In this document: piece by piece, positions 49,417 through 61,330 of the stretch | How the letters are laid out: the number at the start of each line of letters is the position of its first letter | Position numbering within the stretch: position 1 is the first letter of the stretch | Assembly: GCA_963727625.1 (NCBI GenBank) | Contig: CAVSHR010000011.1 | Span: forward strand, 358,894 to 422,893 | Length of the DNA stretch: 64,000 nucleotides | Direction: 5' to 3' | Source of the DNA: an uncultured delta proteobacterium | GTDB taxonomy: Bacteria > Desulfobacterota > Binatia > UBA9968 | The notes under the pieces: model-generated | Seen by the model: only the letters and a program-made list of their open reading frames with translations | Database searches by the model: none | Told to the model about the DNA's origin: nothing | Made by a program: the position numbers and the translations under genes

Positions 49417-51462
49417 ATGGCAATGCTGCGCGACCAAGACCGTGGGCAATTCCGTTTAGTCTCGGATTTTGAACCGCAGGGCGATCAGCCGCAGGCGATC
49501 GACAAACTGGTGCGCGGTCTCAATGCCAAGCGGCGCCATCAAGTTCTGCTTGGCGTTACCGGTTCGGGCAAGACATTCACCATGGCCAACGTGGTCGCCC
49601 GGGTCAACAAGCCGACCCTCGTCATCGCGCCCAACAAGACGCTGGCGGCGCAACTTTACAACGAGTTCAGCGAGCTGTTCCCGGAAAATGCCGTGCGTTA
49701 TTTCGTCAGCTATTACGATTACTACCAACCCGAAGCTTACCTGCCGTCCACCGACACGTATATCGAGAAAGATTCGTCGATCAATGATGAGATCGACAAG
49801 CTGCGCCATTCGGCGACCAAGGCGCTGCTCGAACGGCGCGACACGCTGATCGTCGCTAGCGTGTCGTGCATTTATGGCTTGGGCTCGCCGGAGGCTTACT
49901 TCGAGTTGATGGTCTATTTGGAAGTGGGCTCCAAGGTAAATCGCGACCAGATGCTACGTAAGCTCGTCGATATTCAATATGAGCGCAGCGATTACGATTT
50001 TCACCGCGGCACGTTCCGCGTGCGCGGCGATATCGTAGAAATATTCCCAGCCTATGAAGACCGCTCGGCATTGCGGGTCGAATTTTTCGACGACAACATC
50101 GACGCGATCAATGAAATCGACGCGATTCGCGGCAAGGTGCTTCGGCGGGTGGACAAGGCGACGATCTACCCGGCGAGCCACTATGTCACCGGCAAAGAGC
50201 GCATGAAGCAGGCGGTGCACGGCATTCGCGAGGAGCTCACCGATCGGCTGCTAGAGCTGCGCGATCAGCAAAAGCTGCTCGAAGCGCAGCGCCTGGAGCA
50301 GCGGACGCTTTATGATTTGGAGCTGCTGGCCGAGATGGGGTTTTGTCCGGGCATCGAAAACTATTCGCGCCATTTGACCGGGCGCAAGCCGGGCGAGCCG
50401 CCGCCGACGCTGCTGAGCTACTTTCCCAACGATTTTTTACTGATCATCGACGAAAGCCATGTCACGGTGCCGCAGATCGGTGGCATGTATCGCGGCGACC
50501 GCTCGCGCAAGGAAACCTTGGTCGAATATGGTTTTCGCCTGCCTTCGGCGCTCGACAACCGGCCGCTCAATTTCGAAGAGTTCGAGGCGATGAGCAACCA
50601 GGCGGTTTACGTATCGGCGACACCGGCGGTCTATGAACTCGGCAAGAGCCGCGGCGCGGTGGTGGAACAGGTGATCCGGCCCACGGGTCTGATGGACCCG
50701 GCGATCATCGTTCGGCCGGCGCGCACCCAGGTCGATGACTTACTCGAAGAGATTCGCAAGCGGGTCGAGCGCAAGGAGCGAGTGCTGGTGACGACACTGA
50801 CCAAGCGCATGGCGGAGGATTTGACCGAGTATTACCAAGATTTGAACGTCAAGGTGCGCTACCTCCATTCCGACATCGAAACCATTGAACGGGTGGAAAT
50901 CATTCGCCAGCTGCGCATGGGGCAATTCGACGTCCTGGTCGGTATTAACCTATTGCGCGAGGGACTGGATTTGCCGGAGGTATCGCTCGTGGCGATTCTT
51001 GACGCCGACAAGGAAGGTTTCCTGCGCTCGGATCGTTCGTTGATCCAAACCATCGGGCGCGCCGCGCGCAATGTTTTCGGCACGGTGATTCTTTACGCCG
51101 ACCGGCAGACCGACTCGATGCGGCGGGCGATCGATGAAACCGAGCGCCGCCGCCGCTTGCAGGCGGACTTCAACAAAAAACATGGCATTACCCCGCAATC
51201 GATCGTCAAGTCGCTGGGCTCGCCGCTGGTGAAAATTTACGACGCGGATTATGTCGACGTGCCGATCGCCGCGGAAAGTTCGGCGAAATACGGCCCGGTG
51301 GAGTTGGGGCGGCGGATTCGCAAATTGCAGAAGGAAATGAAGCAAGCCGCCGAGCGGCTGGATTTTGAAGCCGCGGCGGAGTTGCGCGATCGCATCGGCA
51401 AATTACAAAATCAGGAGCTGGCGCTGAGAGAGTCGTCGCTGGGACCGAGCGGCGGCGCGTGA
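49417..51462 (+). CDS. uvrB: Excinuclease ABC subunit B
   Basis: [26 protein letters not shown] and QTIGRAAR motifs. Confidence 0.98.
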   Translation: MAMLRDQDRGQFRLVSDFEPQGDQPQAIDKLVRGLNAKRRHQVLLGVTGSGKTFTMANVVARVNKPTLVIAPNKTLAAQLYNEFSELFPENAVRYFVSYYDYYQPEAYLPSTDTYIEKDSSINDEIDKLRHSATKALLERRDTLIVASVSCIYGLGSPEAYFELMVYLEVGSKVNRDQMLRKLVDIQYERSDYDFHRGTFRVRGDIVEIFPAYEDRSALRVEFFDDNIDAINEIDAIRGKVLRRVDKATIYPASHYVTGKERMKQAVHGIREELTDRLLELRDQQKLLEAQRLEQRTLYDLELLAEMGFCPGIENYSRHLTGRKPGEPPPTLLSYFPNDFLLIIDESHVTVPQIGGMYRGDRSRKETLVEYGFRLPSALDNRPLNFEEFEAMSNQAVYVSATPAVYELGKSRGAVVEQVIRPTGLMDPAIIVRPARTQVDDLLEEIRKRVERKERVLVTTLTKRMAEDLTEYYQDLNVKVRYLHSDIETIERVEIIRQLRMGQFDVLVGINLLREGLDLPEVSLVAILDADKEGFLRSDRSLIQTIGRAARNVFGTVILYADRQTDSMRRAIDETERRRRLQADFNKKHGITPQSIVKSLGSPLVKIYDADYVDVPIAAESSAKYGPVELGRRIRKLQKEMKQAAERLDFEAAAELRDRIGKLQNQELALRESSLGPSGGA

Positions 51463-51478
51463 AACTGAGCCGGCGCGC

Positions 51479-51892
51479 TCAGCGCGGCTCGCTATCGGCG
51501 GCCTGGGTGACATTGACCGCCGCGCTGAGCGGATCGCGGCGGGAGCGTAGCTCGATCTCGTCATCGTGGTTGGTTTTGCGGTAGAGTCCACGGCGCGTTT
51601 TGGCATTTGCCGGCGCTTCAGTGAAGATCGTCGCGACGAAGAAAACCGCGATTCCCAAACCGCTGAGCGAATAGAGAACGAACGGCTGCATCGACCCGCT
51701 GGTGGATAGGTAATCGCCCCACTGCACCATAAAGCCCAGGTAGTAGGTAAAAAGATAGGTGATCAACAGACAGATTTTCACCCGATCCCAAAGCAAGAAA
51801 GGCAGCAGGCTGGCGATGAAAAAAAACACCTGCCATACGGGGATCAGTTGGTTGAATACACCGAGCCTCATCAAGTTATCGATATCGAACAT
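51479..51892 (-). CDS. Hypothetical membrane protein
   Basis: Three hydrophobic segments; RBS AGGAG. Confidence 0.7.
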   Translation of the reverse strand: MFDIDNLMRLGVFNQLIPVWQVFFFIASLLPFLLWDRVKICLLITYLFTYYLGFMVQWGDYLSTSGSMQPFVLYSLSGLGIAVFFVATIFTEAPANAKTRRGLYRKTNHDDEIELRSRRDPLSAAVNVTQAADSEPR

Positions 51893-52175
51893 TTTGACTC
51901 CCTAAAGCCGAGCTTTTTGACGTTTTCACAACCGGGGAGGTCGCGATACATTTTAGAACACAAAAATTGTGCCATGGCTACGCGCTCGTTTCGGATGGAA
52001 ATGGCGGTTAGTTGAGCGTAGTTTTTGGATTAATAAACGACCCCGGGGCTTTTCCGTGGCGCCGTTGCTTTGACAAGCTTGCAACAGAACGGGTCGCGAA
52101 CTCACGGGTTTGACGGGGTTTAGATGGATCGAGTCAGAGTGATTTTAAGGGTTTGCAAAGTGCGCGTGCCAGTCC

Positions 52176-54020
52176 ATGAGCGTGATCGAAGATAAATTGG
52201 CTAACTTGCCGTCACGGCCCGGCGTTTATTTAATGCGGGAAAAGGGCGGCAAGGTGATTTACGTCGGCAAGGCTAAGGATTTGCGCGCGCGGGTGCGCGC
52301 CTATTTCAATCACTCGGACGAGCGCTCGCAAATCCAATTTTTGTTACGCCGCGTCGACGACATTGAAACCCTGGTCACGGTCAACGACAAGGAAGCGCTG
52401 ATCCTCGAAAACAATCTAATCAAGCAGTATAAGCCGCGCTACAACATTCGGCTCAAGGACGACAAGAGCTATCTGAGCATCAAAGTCACGACCCAGCATC
52501 CGTGGCCGCGCATTCTCGCCACGCGCAAGATCGTCAAGGACGGCAATCGCTATTTCGGTCCCTTTTCATCGGCTGTCGCGGCGCGGGAGACCATCGACAT
52601 CATCGAAAAACATTTTCAGCTGCGCAACTGTACCGATCACAATTTCCGCAATCGCAGCCGGCCTTGTCTGCAGTATCAAATCAAGCGTTGCATGGGGCCC
52701 TGCGTGCTGCCGGTGGCGGAAAATATCTATCGGGAGCAGGTGCGTCAGGCGATGCTGTTCATCGAAGGGAAGCAGCAGGAGTTGATCGGCGAGCTGCGCC
52801 AGCGCATGCGGGCCAGATCCGACGCCCTGGAGTTCGAAGCCGCGGCGCGCATTCGTGACCAGATTCAGGCGGTGGAGAAGACTCTTGAAAAGCAGCGCAT
52901 GGTGGCCCACTGGGGCGCCGACCAGGACATCTTCGGCCTTTATCGCGAAGGCGGTTTCATCGAGATTCAAGTATTGCTCGTGCGCCAGGGTAAATTGACC
53001 GAGAATCTTTCCTACTCGCTGCAGGATCTGGAATTTCCCGACGAGGAGATCGTCGCGTCGCTGCTGACGCAGTTTTATCAGGGCCAACGCTTCGTGCCGG
53101 ACGAGATTCTCCTGCCGGTTGCTCTGGAGGATGGCGAGGTGCGCGGGGAATATCTCGCCGAACGCAGGGGTAAGCGGGTCGAGATTCTTTGCCCGCAACG
53201 GGGCGACCGCCGCCATCTGGTCCAGATGGCGGAAGAAAACGCCAAGCAAAGTTTTTCCGAGCGGCATGACCAGGAAAAGGCGCGCGAGACCATGCTGCGC
53301 GAGCTGCAGACTCAGTTACGCCTCAAACGGTACCCGCAGCGGATCGAATGTTTCGATATCTCGACGATCCACGGCGCTCACGCGGTGGGTTCGATGGTGA
53401 CCTTCATCGACGGCGAGCCGGACAAAAATCTTTACCGCCATTTCCGCATTAAAACCATCGACGAATCTTCCGGCGGCGACGACTTCGGCATGATGCTCGA
53501 AGTGCTCAAGCGCCGCTCCAGCCGGGGCAAGGAAGAGGCCGACTTGCCGGACCTGATCGTGGTCGACGGCGGCAGGGGCCAGCTCGCCATGGCGCTCATT
53601 GCCATGGCCGAGATCGGCATCGACAACGTCGACGCGGTGGGTCTCGCCAAGATGCGCGTACAATCCGCGCCACGCAGCGCCGAGATCGAGCGATCGGAAG
53701 AGCGGGTGTTTCTACCGGGGCAAAGCAATCCGGTGATTCTCAAACGCAACTCCAACGCGCTGTTTCTCTTGCAGCGGGTGCGCGATGAGGCTCATCGCTT
53801 CGCGATCACGCACCATCGAAAACTCCGTTCCAAGCAAACGCTTTATTCCACCCTCGATCACATCCCCGGCGTGGGCGGCGCGCGCAGGCGCGCGCTGCTG
53901 CGCGCCTTCGGCAGCGTCAAACGCATCGAAGCGGCTACGCTGGATGATCTCCTCAAGGTTCCGTCGATCAACGAGCAATTGGCCAAAAAGATCTTGCAAG
54001 CCTTGCACGCGCGGCAGTAA
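52176..54020 (+). CDS. uvrC: Excinuclease ABC subunit C
   Basis: PGVY, YVGKA, IECFDIS, DGGRGQ, RDEAHRFA and HhH motifs. Confidence 0.98.
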   Translation: MSVIEDKLANLPSRPGVYLMREKGGKVIYVGKAKDLRARVRAYFNHSDERSQIQFLLRRVDDIETLVTVNDKEALILENNLIKQYKPRYNIRLKDDKSYLSIKVTTQHPWPRILATRKIVKDGNRYFGPFSSAVAARETIDIIEKHFQLRNCTDHNFRNRSRPCLQYQIKRCMGPCVLPVAENIYREQVRQAMLFIEGKQQELIGELRQRMRARSDALEFEAAARIRDQIQAVEKTLEKQRMVAHWGADQDIFGLYREGGFIEIQVLLVRQGKLTENLSYSLQDLEFPDEEIVASLLTQFYQGQRFVPDEILLPVALEDGEVRGEYLAERRGKRVEILCPQRGDRRHLVQMAEENAKQSFSERHDQEKARETMLRELQTQLRLKRYPQRIECFDISTIHGAHAVGSMVTFIDGEPDKNLYRHFRIKTIDESSGGDDFGMMLEVLKRRSSRGKEEADLPDLIVVDGGRGQLAMALIAMAEIGIDNVDAVGLAKMRVQSAPRSAEIERSEERVFLPGQSNPVILKRNSNALFLLQRVRDEAHRFAITHHRKLRSKQTLYSTLDHIPGVGGARRRALLRAFGSVKRIEAATLDDLLKVPSINEQLAKKILQALHARQ

Positions 54021-54029
54021 GAGCAGTCT

Positions 54030-56528
54030 ATGGCTGTGGCGCTGGGGCAGGCGAACGACCCAAACGGAGTTTCCCTCGATCCCGCAGCCTGGCTGATCGC
54101 GCCGACGCTCGTGCTGCTGTTCGGCCAGGCGGTCGCCGCCGGTCCATGGATTATCCCGCCGGTAAGTTTCGCGCTGGCGCTCTCGCCGTTACTGCTGCTC
54201 GCGGCGCCGCGGCGGCGCCGCTGGGCGGTCTTGTTGACGCTTTCCGCCCTGGCATTTTCTCTAGGATATTTTCGCCACCGCCAGCTGATGTTTCCCGAGT
54301 TTGCCGATAATCATTTGCGCACGCTGATGGCCCCGGGCGCGCGCTTGTATCTGGAGGGCCGGCTGCGCCACGAACCGGAAAAGCTGGTCAACCGTATCCG
54401 CTGGCAGGTGGCGGCGCAGAGAATCTGGTATCCGACCGGCGCCCAGGAAATCACCGGCGATATCCTCGTCACCCTGCGCAGCGCGCGGCCCGATTGGCGC
54501 TATGGCGACCGAGTGCGTTTTTGGATCCGTCCGCTAGTACCGCAAAATGGCGGCAATCCGGGCGGCTTTGATTACGCGACCTTTCTCTCCCGGCGGGGCA
54601 TATACGCCACCGGGTTTCTCGACAACGATCAGGAAGTCGAATTGCTGGCGCGAGAGCCGGGAGCCGGACGCGGATTGATCGAGGGCTTGCGACGGGCGAT
54701 CCGGCATTTTATCGAGCGCAATTTTTCCCGGGACAATGGTGCCTTGCTCGCTGCCTTGGTGGTCGGCGACATGGGCGCGATCCCCAAGGAAATGCGCGCC
54801 GCGTTCACCGCCGCGGGGGTCAATCACGTGCTGGCAATTTCGGGTTTGCACGTCGGCATGCTCGGCCTGGTGGCCTTTGCCCTGATTCGCTACGGCTGCT
54901 CGTTCAGCGCGTACCTTACGCTGCGCTGGAATATGCTCAAGATCGCGGCGTTTGTTTCCTTCATCGCGGTGGTTTTCTACACCGCGCTCGCCGGCTCGAA
55001 GGTGCCGACCCTCAGAGCGGCGATCATGATCGGTGTTTACCAACTGGCGGTCTTGCTCGACCGCGATGAAGAACTGTTCGCAAGCCTAACCCTGGCGGCG
55101 CTGCTGATCGCGCTCATCTGGCCCGGCGTGGTGGCGGATATCTCGTTTCAGCTGTCCTTTCTCGCGGTTTTGTTCATTGTCTGGGGCATGCGCCGGCTGC
55201 ATCATTGGCTCGCGTTGAAAAAAACCGATGACCTGCCGCAGGAGCGCGGTTGGCTCGGCGAACGGCTCAAACGGGCGGGACTGCACCTCGCGGTGCCGCT
55301 GTTGGCGACGCTCGGCACCGGGCCGTTGATCGCGCACTACTTTGGCCATCTGTCGATCGCCGGCTTTGCCGCCAATCCGTTCATCGTGCCGCTGGTCGGT
55401 TTTGTCGTGGTTCCGCTCGGTCTTGTCGTCGGATTTTTAGCGGTGGTTGCCCCCCCATTGGGATTGTTATTGGTTGGCGTGGCGGAAAAGCTGCTCGCGT
55501 TAACGGCGTGGCTGGTGCGTATGTTTGCCGGTTTGCCTTGGGCCAATACGTCGGTGCCGTCGCCCGATGCGCTGGAGATCACCGCGCTTTATGCTTTCCT
55601 GATCTGTTTATTCGCCTTCACGAGGGCAAGCTATCGTCTGAGCGCTCTGGCGCTCGGCGTGGCTCTGCTGTTGGCCGACGGCGTTTATTGGTGGAACCAG
55701 CGCTTCGGCCGTGAGGAGCTGCGTGTCACGCACCTCAACGTCGGCCAGGGCGACGCCGCCGTCGTGGAACTGCCCAATTCCCAGGTATTGCTGATCGATG
55801 CCGGTGGTGCGGCGGCGGGCGATTTCGACACCGGCGAGAACATCATCGCGCCGTTTCTCCGTGGGCGGAAAATTCTCAAAGTGGATTATCTCGTCGTCAG
55901 CCACGCGCGGGTCGACCATTACGGCGGTATGAACGCGATCGTCAAGGAATTTTCACCGCGGGAGTTCTGGTCGGGAGCCGCGCGCGGCCAGACCCATCGC
56001 TTCGAAGAGCTGGACGAGAGCTTGGAGAAATTGCAGGTTCGGCGAATCACACTCAACGACCGCCAGGCTTGCCGTGCCATCGAAGCGGTGAAAATCTGCA
56101 CGCTCTATCCGCCGGCCGACAACTCAAGCGACGGCTCCGTGGTATTGCGTCTGGAATTCGGCAAACTGCGTTACTTATTCGCCGGGGATATCGACAAGCG
56201 GGAAGAGGCATTGCTGGTGAATCGGGCCGAGGATCTTCGCGGTGTGGTCATAAAGGTGCCGCGCCACGGTAGCGCGACGGCGAGCACGACGGAATTTGTC
56301 GCTAGGGTGAAGCCGCGCCTGGCGATCGTCTCGGCGGGTGCGCGCAGCCGCGCCGAAGCGCAGCGCGCGGAAATCGTCGAGCGTTATCGTCAAGCCGGCG
56401 CCGAAGTGCTGCGCACCTATGAAGACGGCGCGGTTATCGTGGAGTCGGATGGCAGCACGCTGCGCTTCGCTGGATACAAGAGCGGCAAAACAGGCGCAAT
56501 CGATTTGACGGCCCTGAAGGAGAAATGA
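54030..56528 (+). CDS. comEC: DNA uptake competence protein ComEC/Rec2
   Basis: NPGGFDY, HVLAISGLHVG, FQLSF, VGQGD and metallo-beta-lactamase-like domain. Confidence 0.95.
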   Translation: MAVALGQANDPNGVSLDPAAWLIAPTLVLLFGQAVAAGPWIIPPVSFALALSPLLLLAAPRRRRWAVLLTLSALAFSLGYFRHRQLMFPEFADNHLRTLMAPGARLYLEGRLRHEPEKLVNRIRWQVAAQRIWYPTGAQEITGDILVTLRSARPDWRYGDRVRFWIRPLVPQNGGNPGGFDYATFLSRRGIYATGFLDNDQEVELLAREPGAGRGLIEGLRRAIRHFIERNFSRDNGALLAALVVGDMGAIPKEMRAAFTAAGVNHVLAISGLHVGMLGLVAFALIRYGCSFSAYLTLRWNMLKIAAFVSFIAVVFYTALAGSKVPTLRAAIMIGVYQLAVLLDRDEELFASLTLAALLIALIWPGVVADISFQLSFLAVLFIVWGMRRLHHWLALKKTDDLPQERGWLGERLKRAGLHLAVPLLATLGTGPLIAHYFGHLSIAGFAANPFIVPLVGFVVVPLGLVVGFLAVVAPPLGLLLVGVAEKLLALTAWLVRMFAGLPWANTSVPSPDALEITALYAFLICLFAFTRASYRLSALALGVALLLADGVYWWNQRFGREELRVTHLNVGQGDAAVVELPNSQVLLIDAGGAAAGDFDTGENIIAPFLRGRKILKVDYLVVSHARVDHYGGMNAIVKEFSPREFWSGAARGQTHRFEELDESLEKLQVRRITLNDRQACRAIEAVKICTLYPPADNSSDGSVVLRLEFGKLRYLFAGDIDKREEALLVNRAEDLRGVVIKVPRHGSATASTTEFVARVKPRLAIVSAGARSRAEAQRAEIVERYRQAGAEVLRTYEDGAVIVESDGSTLRFAGYKSGKTGAIDLTALKEK

Positions 56529-56544
56529 AAACAGGGATATATTT

Positions 56545-56631
56545 CACCACGGGGACCTAGAGTTCTTAGACTTCGGATATTTCTAAAGAGAAGAACTCTT
56601 TCCTCCGCGCGCTCCGCGTCTCTGGGGTGAT
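56545..56631. repeat. Imperfect palindromic intergenic repeat between convergent genes
   Basis: TCACCACGGGGAC..GTCTCTGGGGTGA. Confidence 0.45.
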
Positions 56632-56642
56632 ACCTTTTTCGA

Positions 56643-57584
56643 TCATTTGAGCGCCTTCAGCTCTTCTATGTAATCTTTGAAGCCCGCTTCGATGTTGTAT
56701 TCCGGCACCCAGCCGAGAACTTGCTTGGCTTTTTCGATGACCATCGGCTGTTTTGCCGAGCGCGGTTTAGCGCCCGGCATGATTTCCACTTGGAGCTTGG
56801 GTAGCAATTTTTCCGCGAGGGCCACTAGGTCGTTGAATTTCACCACTACACCGGTGCCGATGTTGAGCGTCACCGGTTCTTTCAATGGGGCGGTTGCGGC
56901 TTTGTCGAGGGCCCGGCCCAGGTCTTTGTAATAGACATATTCGAAGTCGCGCGCCACTTCCTGGGCGATTTTCACCACGCCGCCTTTGATGCCGGTCTGC
57001 AGCATGTTCTGCACCATCTCGCCGCCGCCCGAGCCGCCGGCGAAGTGGCCGACGCCGTAGACGTTGGCAAGCCTGAGCACGATCAGCTCGAAGCCGAACA
57101 TGCGCTGGTAGGCCTCGACCATCAGCTCCTTGGCGACCTTCGAGTTGCCGTAGGCTTCGCCCGGCCCGCGGCGAAACTCTTCGTCGATCGGATTGGGTTC
57201 GCCTTTGCGCCGGTCGTAGACGCCGAAGGTGCTGATCTGCACCAGGCGCTTGACACCGGTCAGCCGTACCGCTTCGGCGACGTTGATCGTGCCCATGACG
57301 TTGATCTGCAAGCCGGTGTAGATCGGGTTGGCGACCTTGCCGCCGATCAGCCCAGCGGTGTGGATGACCGTGTCGCATTTATATTTTTGCATCGTCTCGA
57401 TCAGCGCCGGCAGATCGCGCACGTCGCGCTGAACGACGGTGACGTTGGCGCTGCCGAGCTTGTGCGCGAGAAAATCTTTGCGCGGCGCGACGTCGTAAAA
57501 CACCACGCTTTCGCCCCTTTTCAGCGCGTGCTGCGCGTAGGAGGTGCCAACCAAACCCAAACCTGTGATCAATGTTGATGCCAT
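56643..57584 (-). CDS. NAD-dependent epimerase/dehydratase
   Basis: ITGLGLVG, YGNSK and NVYG motifs. Confidence 0.9.
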   Translation of the reverse strand: MASTLITGLGLVGTSYAQHALKRGESVVFYDVAPRKDFLAHKLGSANVTVVQRDVRDLPALIETMQKYKCDTVIHTAGLIGGKVANPIYTGLQINVMGTINVAEAVRLTGVKRLVQISTFGVYDRRKGEPNPIDEEFRRGPGEAYGNSKVAKELMVEAYQRMFGFELIVLRLANVYGVGHFAGGSGGGEMVQNMLQTGIKGGVVKIAQEVARDFEYVYYKDLGRALDKAATAPLKEPVTLNIGTGVVVKFNDLVALAEKLLPKLQVEIMPGAKPRSAKQPMVIEKAKQVLGWVPEYNIEAGFKDYIEELKALK

Positions 57585-57756
57585 GATGGCTCCTTTCGCT
57601 CGTGACTCAGTTACGGCTTACTGCAAGGTCGAGGAAATGTCTAGCATCTTCGGCGTGCGGAAGCGCGGGACGCCAAGGAGCGAAGCGTTGCATATCTTGA
57701 GCGCATCATTGTATATCGCTAGAAGAGTCAGGAGATGAGCAGAGAAGGAGACCGGC

Positions 57757-58851
57757 ATGCAAGGTGTAGTTGACGCGGACACGCATATTTCAGAACCGGA
57801 GGCGATGTGGCGATTGTTCGATGGAAAGATGGCGCCGCGCCGGCCGGTGCTGGTTGGTTTGCCTGACGACACCTGGTTCGGTGATCGCAACGCGCTCTGG
57901 CTGATCGACGGCCAGATTTTTCCCAAGCCGGCGGGCAAAGGGAGCTACCGTTTGGTGACGCCGTCGGCGCAGAAGGCCGAAGCGGTGCGCGGCGACATCG
58001 CCATCGCGAGCCGGGAGCTTTCCGACGTGGGCGTTCGCGTAAAAGATATGGATAGGCTCGGTGTCGACGTTCAGGTGATTTATCCGACGCTGTTTCTGGT
58101 TTACCTGACGGACGATGTGGAATTGGAAACGGCGCTGTGCAAAGCCTACAATTCCTGGCTCGCCGACGGCTGCAACAAATCCAACGGCCGGCTCAAGTTC
58201 GTCGCGATCTTGCCGTTGCGCTCGATTCCCGAATCGCTCGAAGAGATGAAGCGGGCGAGAGAGTTGGGCGCTGTGGGTATCTTTTTTCGCGGTATAGAAG
58301 GGGACAAAACCATCGATCATCCCTATTTTCATCCGGTGTACGAGCAGGCCGCGCAGCTCGACATGGCGATCTGCATCCACACCGGCTCCGGCGCGCCGTG
58401 GATGCTGCCGTACTTCGAGCACGCCCGCAACCACACTTTCGCCCATGGCCGGGCACTGCCGATCTTCGCGTTTCGCGACCTGGTAGCGAATCGGATCCCG
58501 GAGAAATTTCCGGGGCTGCGCATCGGCTTTATCGAGGCTTCCGCGGGCTGGGCGCCGTTCATGATCCATATCCTGCGCCGGCTGTTCAAAGACCGGCCGC
58601 AGTTCAAAAACAGCGCCGAGCTATTCCGTGAGTACAATCTGTTCATCGCCTGCGAGGCCGACGAAGACATCCCGTATCTCGCCAAATGTATTGGCGAGGA
58701 CAACATCGTCATCGGTTCGGACTACGGCCACAATGATCCGTCCGCCGAAGAAAAGCTCGTCGAGAGTTTGCAAAAGCGCGAAGACATCCCCGAGCCGTTT
58801 GCGCAGAAGATTCTCGTGCATAATCCGCGGCGGCTGTATGGTCTTCAGTGA
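57757..58851 (+). CDS. Amidohydrolase family protein (amidohydro_2)
   Basis: DADTH, IHTG, EASAGW and GSDYGH motifs. Confidence 0.9.
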   Translation: MQGVVDADTHISEPEAMWRLFDGKMAPRRPVLVGLPDDTWFGDRNALWLIDGQIFPKPAGKGSYRLVTPSAQKAEAVRGDIAIASRELSDVGVRVKDMDRLGVDVQVIYPTLFLVYLTDDVELETALCKAYNSWLADGCNKSNGRLKFVAILPLRSIPESLEEMKRARELGAVGIFFRGIEGDKTIDHPYFHPVYEQAAQLDMAICIHTGSGAPWMLPYFEHARNHTFAHGRALPIFAFRDLVANRIPEKFPGLRIGFIEASAGWAPFMIHILRRLFKDRPQFKNSAELFREYNLFIACEADEDIPYLAKCIGEDNIVIGSDYGHNDPSAEEKLVESLQKREDIPEPFAQKILVHNPRRLYGLQ

Positions 58852-58991
58852 ACTTCGATGAATTCAGATTCACCGTCGAAAAGCACGAAGGATACGAAGT
58901 TTGGAAGAATGATTGTCATCAAAGGAAAAACACATGCGATCTACCTTTGTTTATTTTGCGATCTTATCGTTAGGCCGCGAATCTGAACGGC

Positions 58992-59714
58992 ATGAACGAA
59001 ATCGAAAAATACGTTGTACGGGTTGCTGAGCATTTCAATGCCGGGCTTGGCGATTCCCTGGTAGAAGCTTACAAACTCGGCAGTCTCGCGCACGGCGGCT
59101 TTAGCAGCGTCTACAGCGACATCGACGTCGGGCTCCTGTTGCATTGCGCCGAGCCGCCGGCCCATATGGCAGTGCTGACAGCGGAAGCGAAATCGCTCGA
59201 CGCCGAGTACGGCAAGAAACTCTCGGTCTTCTGGGGGAATCCGGAATTCAATTGGGGCCGTCTGCCGGTCATCGACCGGCTCGATTTGCTCGATCACGGC
59301 GTGCCGCTCCTGCACGGCTTCAAACCAAGCTTCCGCCGTCCGACGAAGGACGAAATTCACCAGGAACAGCTGCAGAGCATCGCGAGAAGCTGGAAATCGC
59401 GCTTACCCGAGTTGAGCAGCCTGACGAGCCTCGAACCCAAAGACCGTAAGCCCTACATCCGCGCGATTCTCTACGCCGCCCGTTTGATCTACACCTGGGA
59501 CAACCTCAAGGTCGACTCCAACGACCGCGCCGTCGAATATCTGCACCAAGTCCAACCGTCCGGCCTCGATCTCAAGCCCATCGACATGGCATTGGCCTGC
59601 CGTAACGAAGAATGCACCGCGGAGGATGTGTTTGGACTCGGGACCGATCTCATTGGGCAGTGCGAAAGCGCGGTGAGTTACGTAAGTGCGAATCTCAACG
59701 ACAGGTGCCTGTAA
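58992..59714 (+). CDS. Nucleotidyltransferase (Pol-beta fold, AadA-like) protein
   Basis: GSLAHGG..SDID motif. Confidence 0.7.
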   Translation: MNEIEKYVVRVAEHFNAGLGDSLVEAYKLGSLAHGGFSSVYSDIDVGLLLHCAEPPAHMAVLTAEAKSLDAEYGKKLSVFWGNPEFNWGRLPVIDRLDLLDHGVPLLHGFKPSFRRPTKDEIHQEQLQSIARSWKSRLPELSSLTSLEPKDRKPYIRAILYAARLIYTWDNLKVDSNDRAVEYLHQVQPSGLDLKPIDMALACRNEECTAEDVFGLGTDLIGQCESAVSYVSANLNDRCL

Positions 59715-60075
59715 AATTTCATTGAAGCGTCCCACAGTTCAATCCCAGGGCGAGCGCTGTTGGTCCGCCTGGATTATCCGCGGGCTGATATTTGGATCCC
59801 ACGTCCCGTAGGCAGCGTTTGGCGGGAGAGAAGATTGACAAGGAGCGGTTTGGTGGCGAATATTGCAATCGATTGGCATGCGACACATTCCTGCTAATCG
59901 TATGGGACGTCAGTTTTGTAGGGTCCTGCCGTTGCGGTAGCAGCCCGATCGGAAGCCAGAAGCTTTGAGTGCGGCAACCTAAGGTTTGCCGCTGTCAAGT
60001 GAGGAGACGGCACGCAGGTATGGTGAATGCGCTTAACGAATTGACGGAATTTTTCGTCCTCTGGGGAGTTATGAC

Positions 60076-60882
60076 ATGCCCTATTTGCAGCTACCCGATT
60101 TGAAGCTCTATTACGAAGTGCACGGTGAAGGCCGGCCGTTTCTCTTTATCAGCGAGACCGCCTGTCACGGCGAAGTCTGGAAACCCTATCAGGTCCCCGA
60201 GTTCTCCCGGGACCACCGGGTCATCATCTATGACCAACGCGGCACGGGGCGCACGGATAAACCGTCGGTGGAGTACACCACGACGACGCTCGCCGACGAT
60301 GCCGCCGCGCTGTTGGACCATCTTGGCGCCGACCAGGCCATTGTCTATGGCCACTCCATGGGCGGCAGGATCGCCCAGCTTGTCGCGTTAAATCATCCCA
60401 AAAAAGTTAATAAGCTGATTCTGGCTTCGTCCGGCGCCTCGCATACGACCAGGGGAATTCCACTCAAGATGTGCCTGGAACTGGTCGAGAAGGGATATGA
60501 AAAGTATGCGCGGGCGCACGCCGTTCGGATCGGCTTCACGGAAAGATTTATCAGAGAGCACCCGGAGCGGGTGGAAGAATTTCTCAAAATTCGCTTGGCC
60601 AACCTGCCGCCGCTGGAATGCTACCTGCTCCACGTGATGGCCCGCCAGGCGCATGACACCGGCGAGCGCTTAAAGGATATCCGCGTGCCCACGCTTATCA
60701 TGGTCGGCGATGATGAAGCCAAGACAACGAGCGACATTTCTCATTGGGCAGCGGCGGAAATCCTCGCCTGCAGTATTCCTAAGGCAAAACTTGCCGTCTT
60801 ACCTGATTCCGGCCACTACTATTTTTTCGCCAAACCGGAAGATACTAACCGGGCCATACGAGAGTTTTTGCAAGAGACATAA
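60076..60882 (+). CDS. Alpha/beta fold hydrolase
   Basis: DQRGTG, GHSMGG and SGH motifs. Confidence 0.92.
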   Translation: MPYLQLPDLKLYYEVHGEGRPFLFISETACHGEVWKPYQVPEFSRDHRVIIYDQRGTGRTDKPSVEYTTTTLADDAAALLDHLGADQAIVYGHSMGGRIAQLVALNHPKKVNKLILASSGASHTTRGIPLKMCLELVEKGYEKYARAHAVRIGFTERFIREHPERVEEFLKIRLANLPPLECYLLHVMARQAHDTGERLKDIRVPTLIMVGDDEAKTTSDISHWAAAEILACSIPKAKLAVLPDSGHYYFFAKPEDTNRAIREFLQET

Positions 60883-61330
60883 GCGATGGGGAGCTTTACA
60901 GGAGCAGATTTACACAAGAGAGTAGCGCATCAACCGCATAGGATTGAACTGATCTCCGACGATTCAATCTCGTTAGATATGACTGAAACTCACACGCTCG
61001 AATCCAGAGTGTTAGCCGTGCGCTACAGGCTGATCGTATTCGCGACAGCTGATACATGATGTCGCCCGCCCCATAGCTAGCTGGTGCGACCTCTATGCGG
61101 CGACGTTCTTGAGCGACGGCTGCTCATTGAAATTGTTTAAGACATCGAATCCACACATAACGATTCACCGACTAAGTCTTTTTCCAAAACAGATCGGACA
61201 AAACCTTGAACAAGGCGATGGATGCCGAGTGACGGCTCGCGTTCGCCTCTGTGGGCTGATGTGCTAGCGTCATATTATCGAAGTGCTTCTGCTTGACAGG
61301 TGAATGTCGATTTGTCGCGGAGTCATTCCT

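Noticed and set aside
51959-51974. Sigma-54 promoter (TGGCAC-N5-TTGT, minus strand)
   Set aside because: The -12 element is imperfect and there is no supporting activator context.
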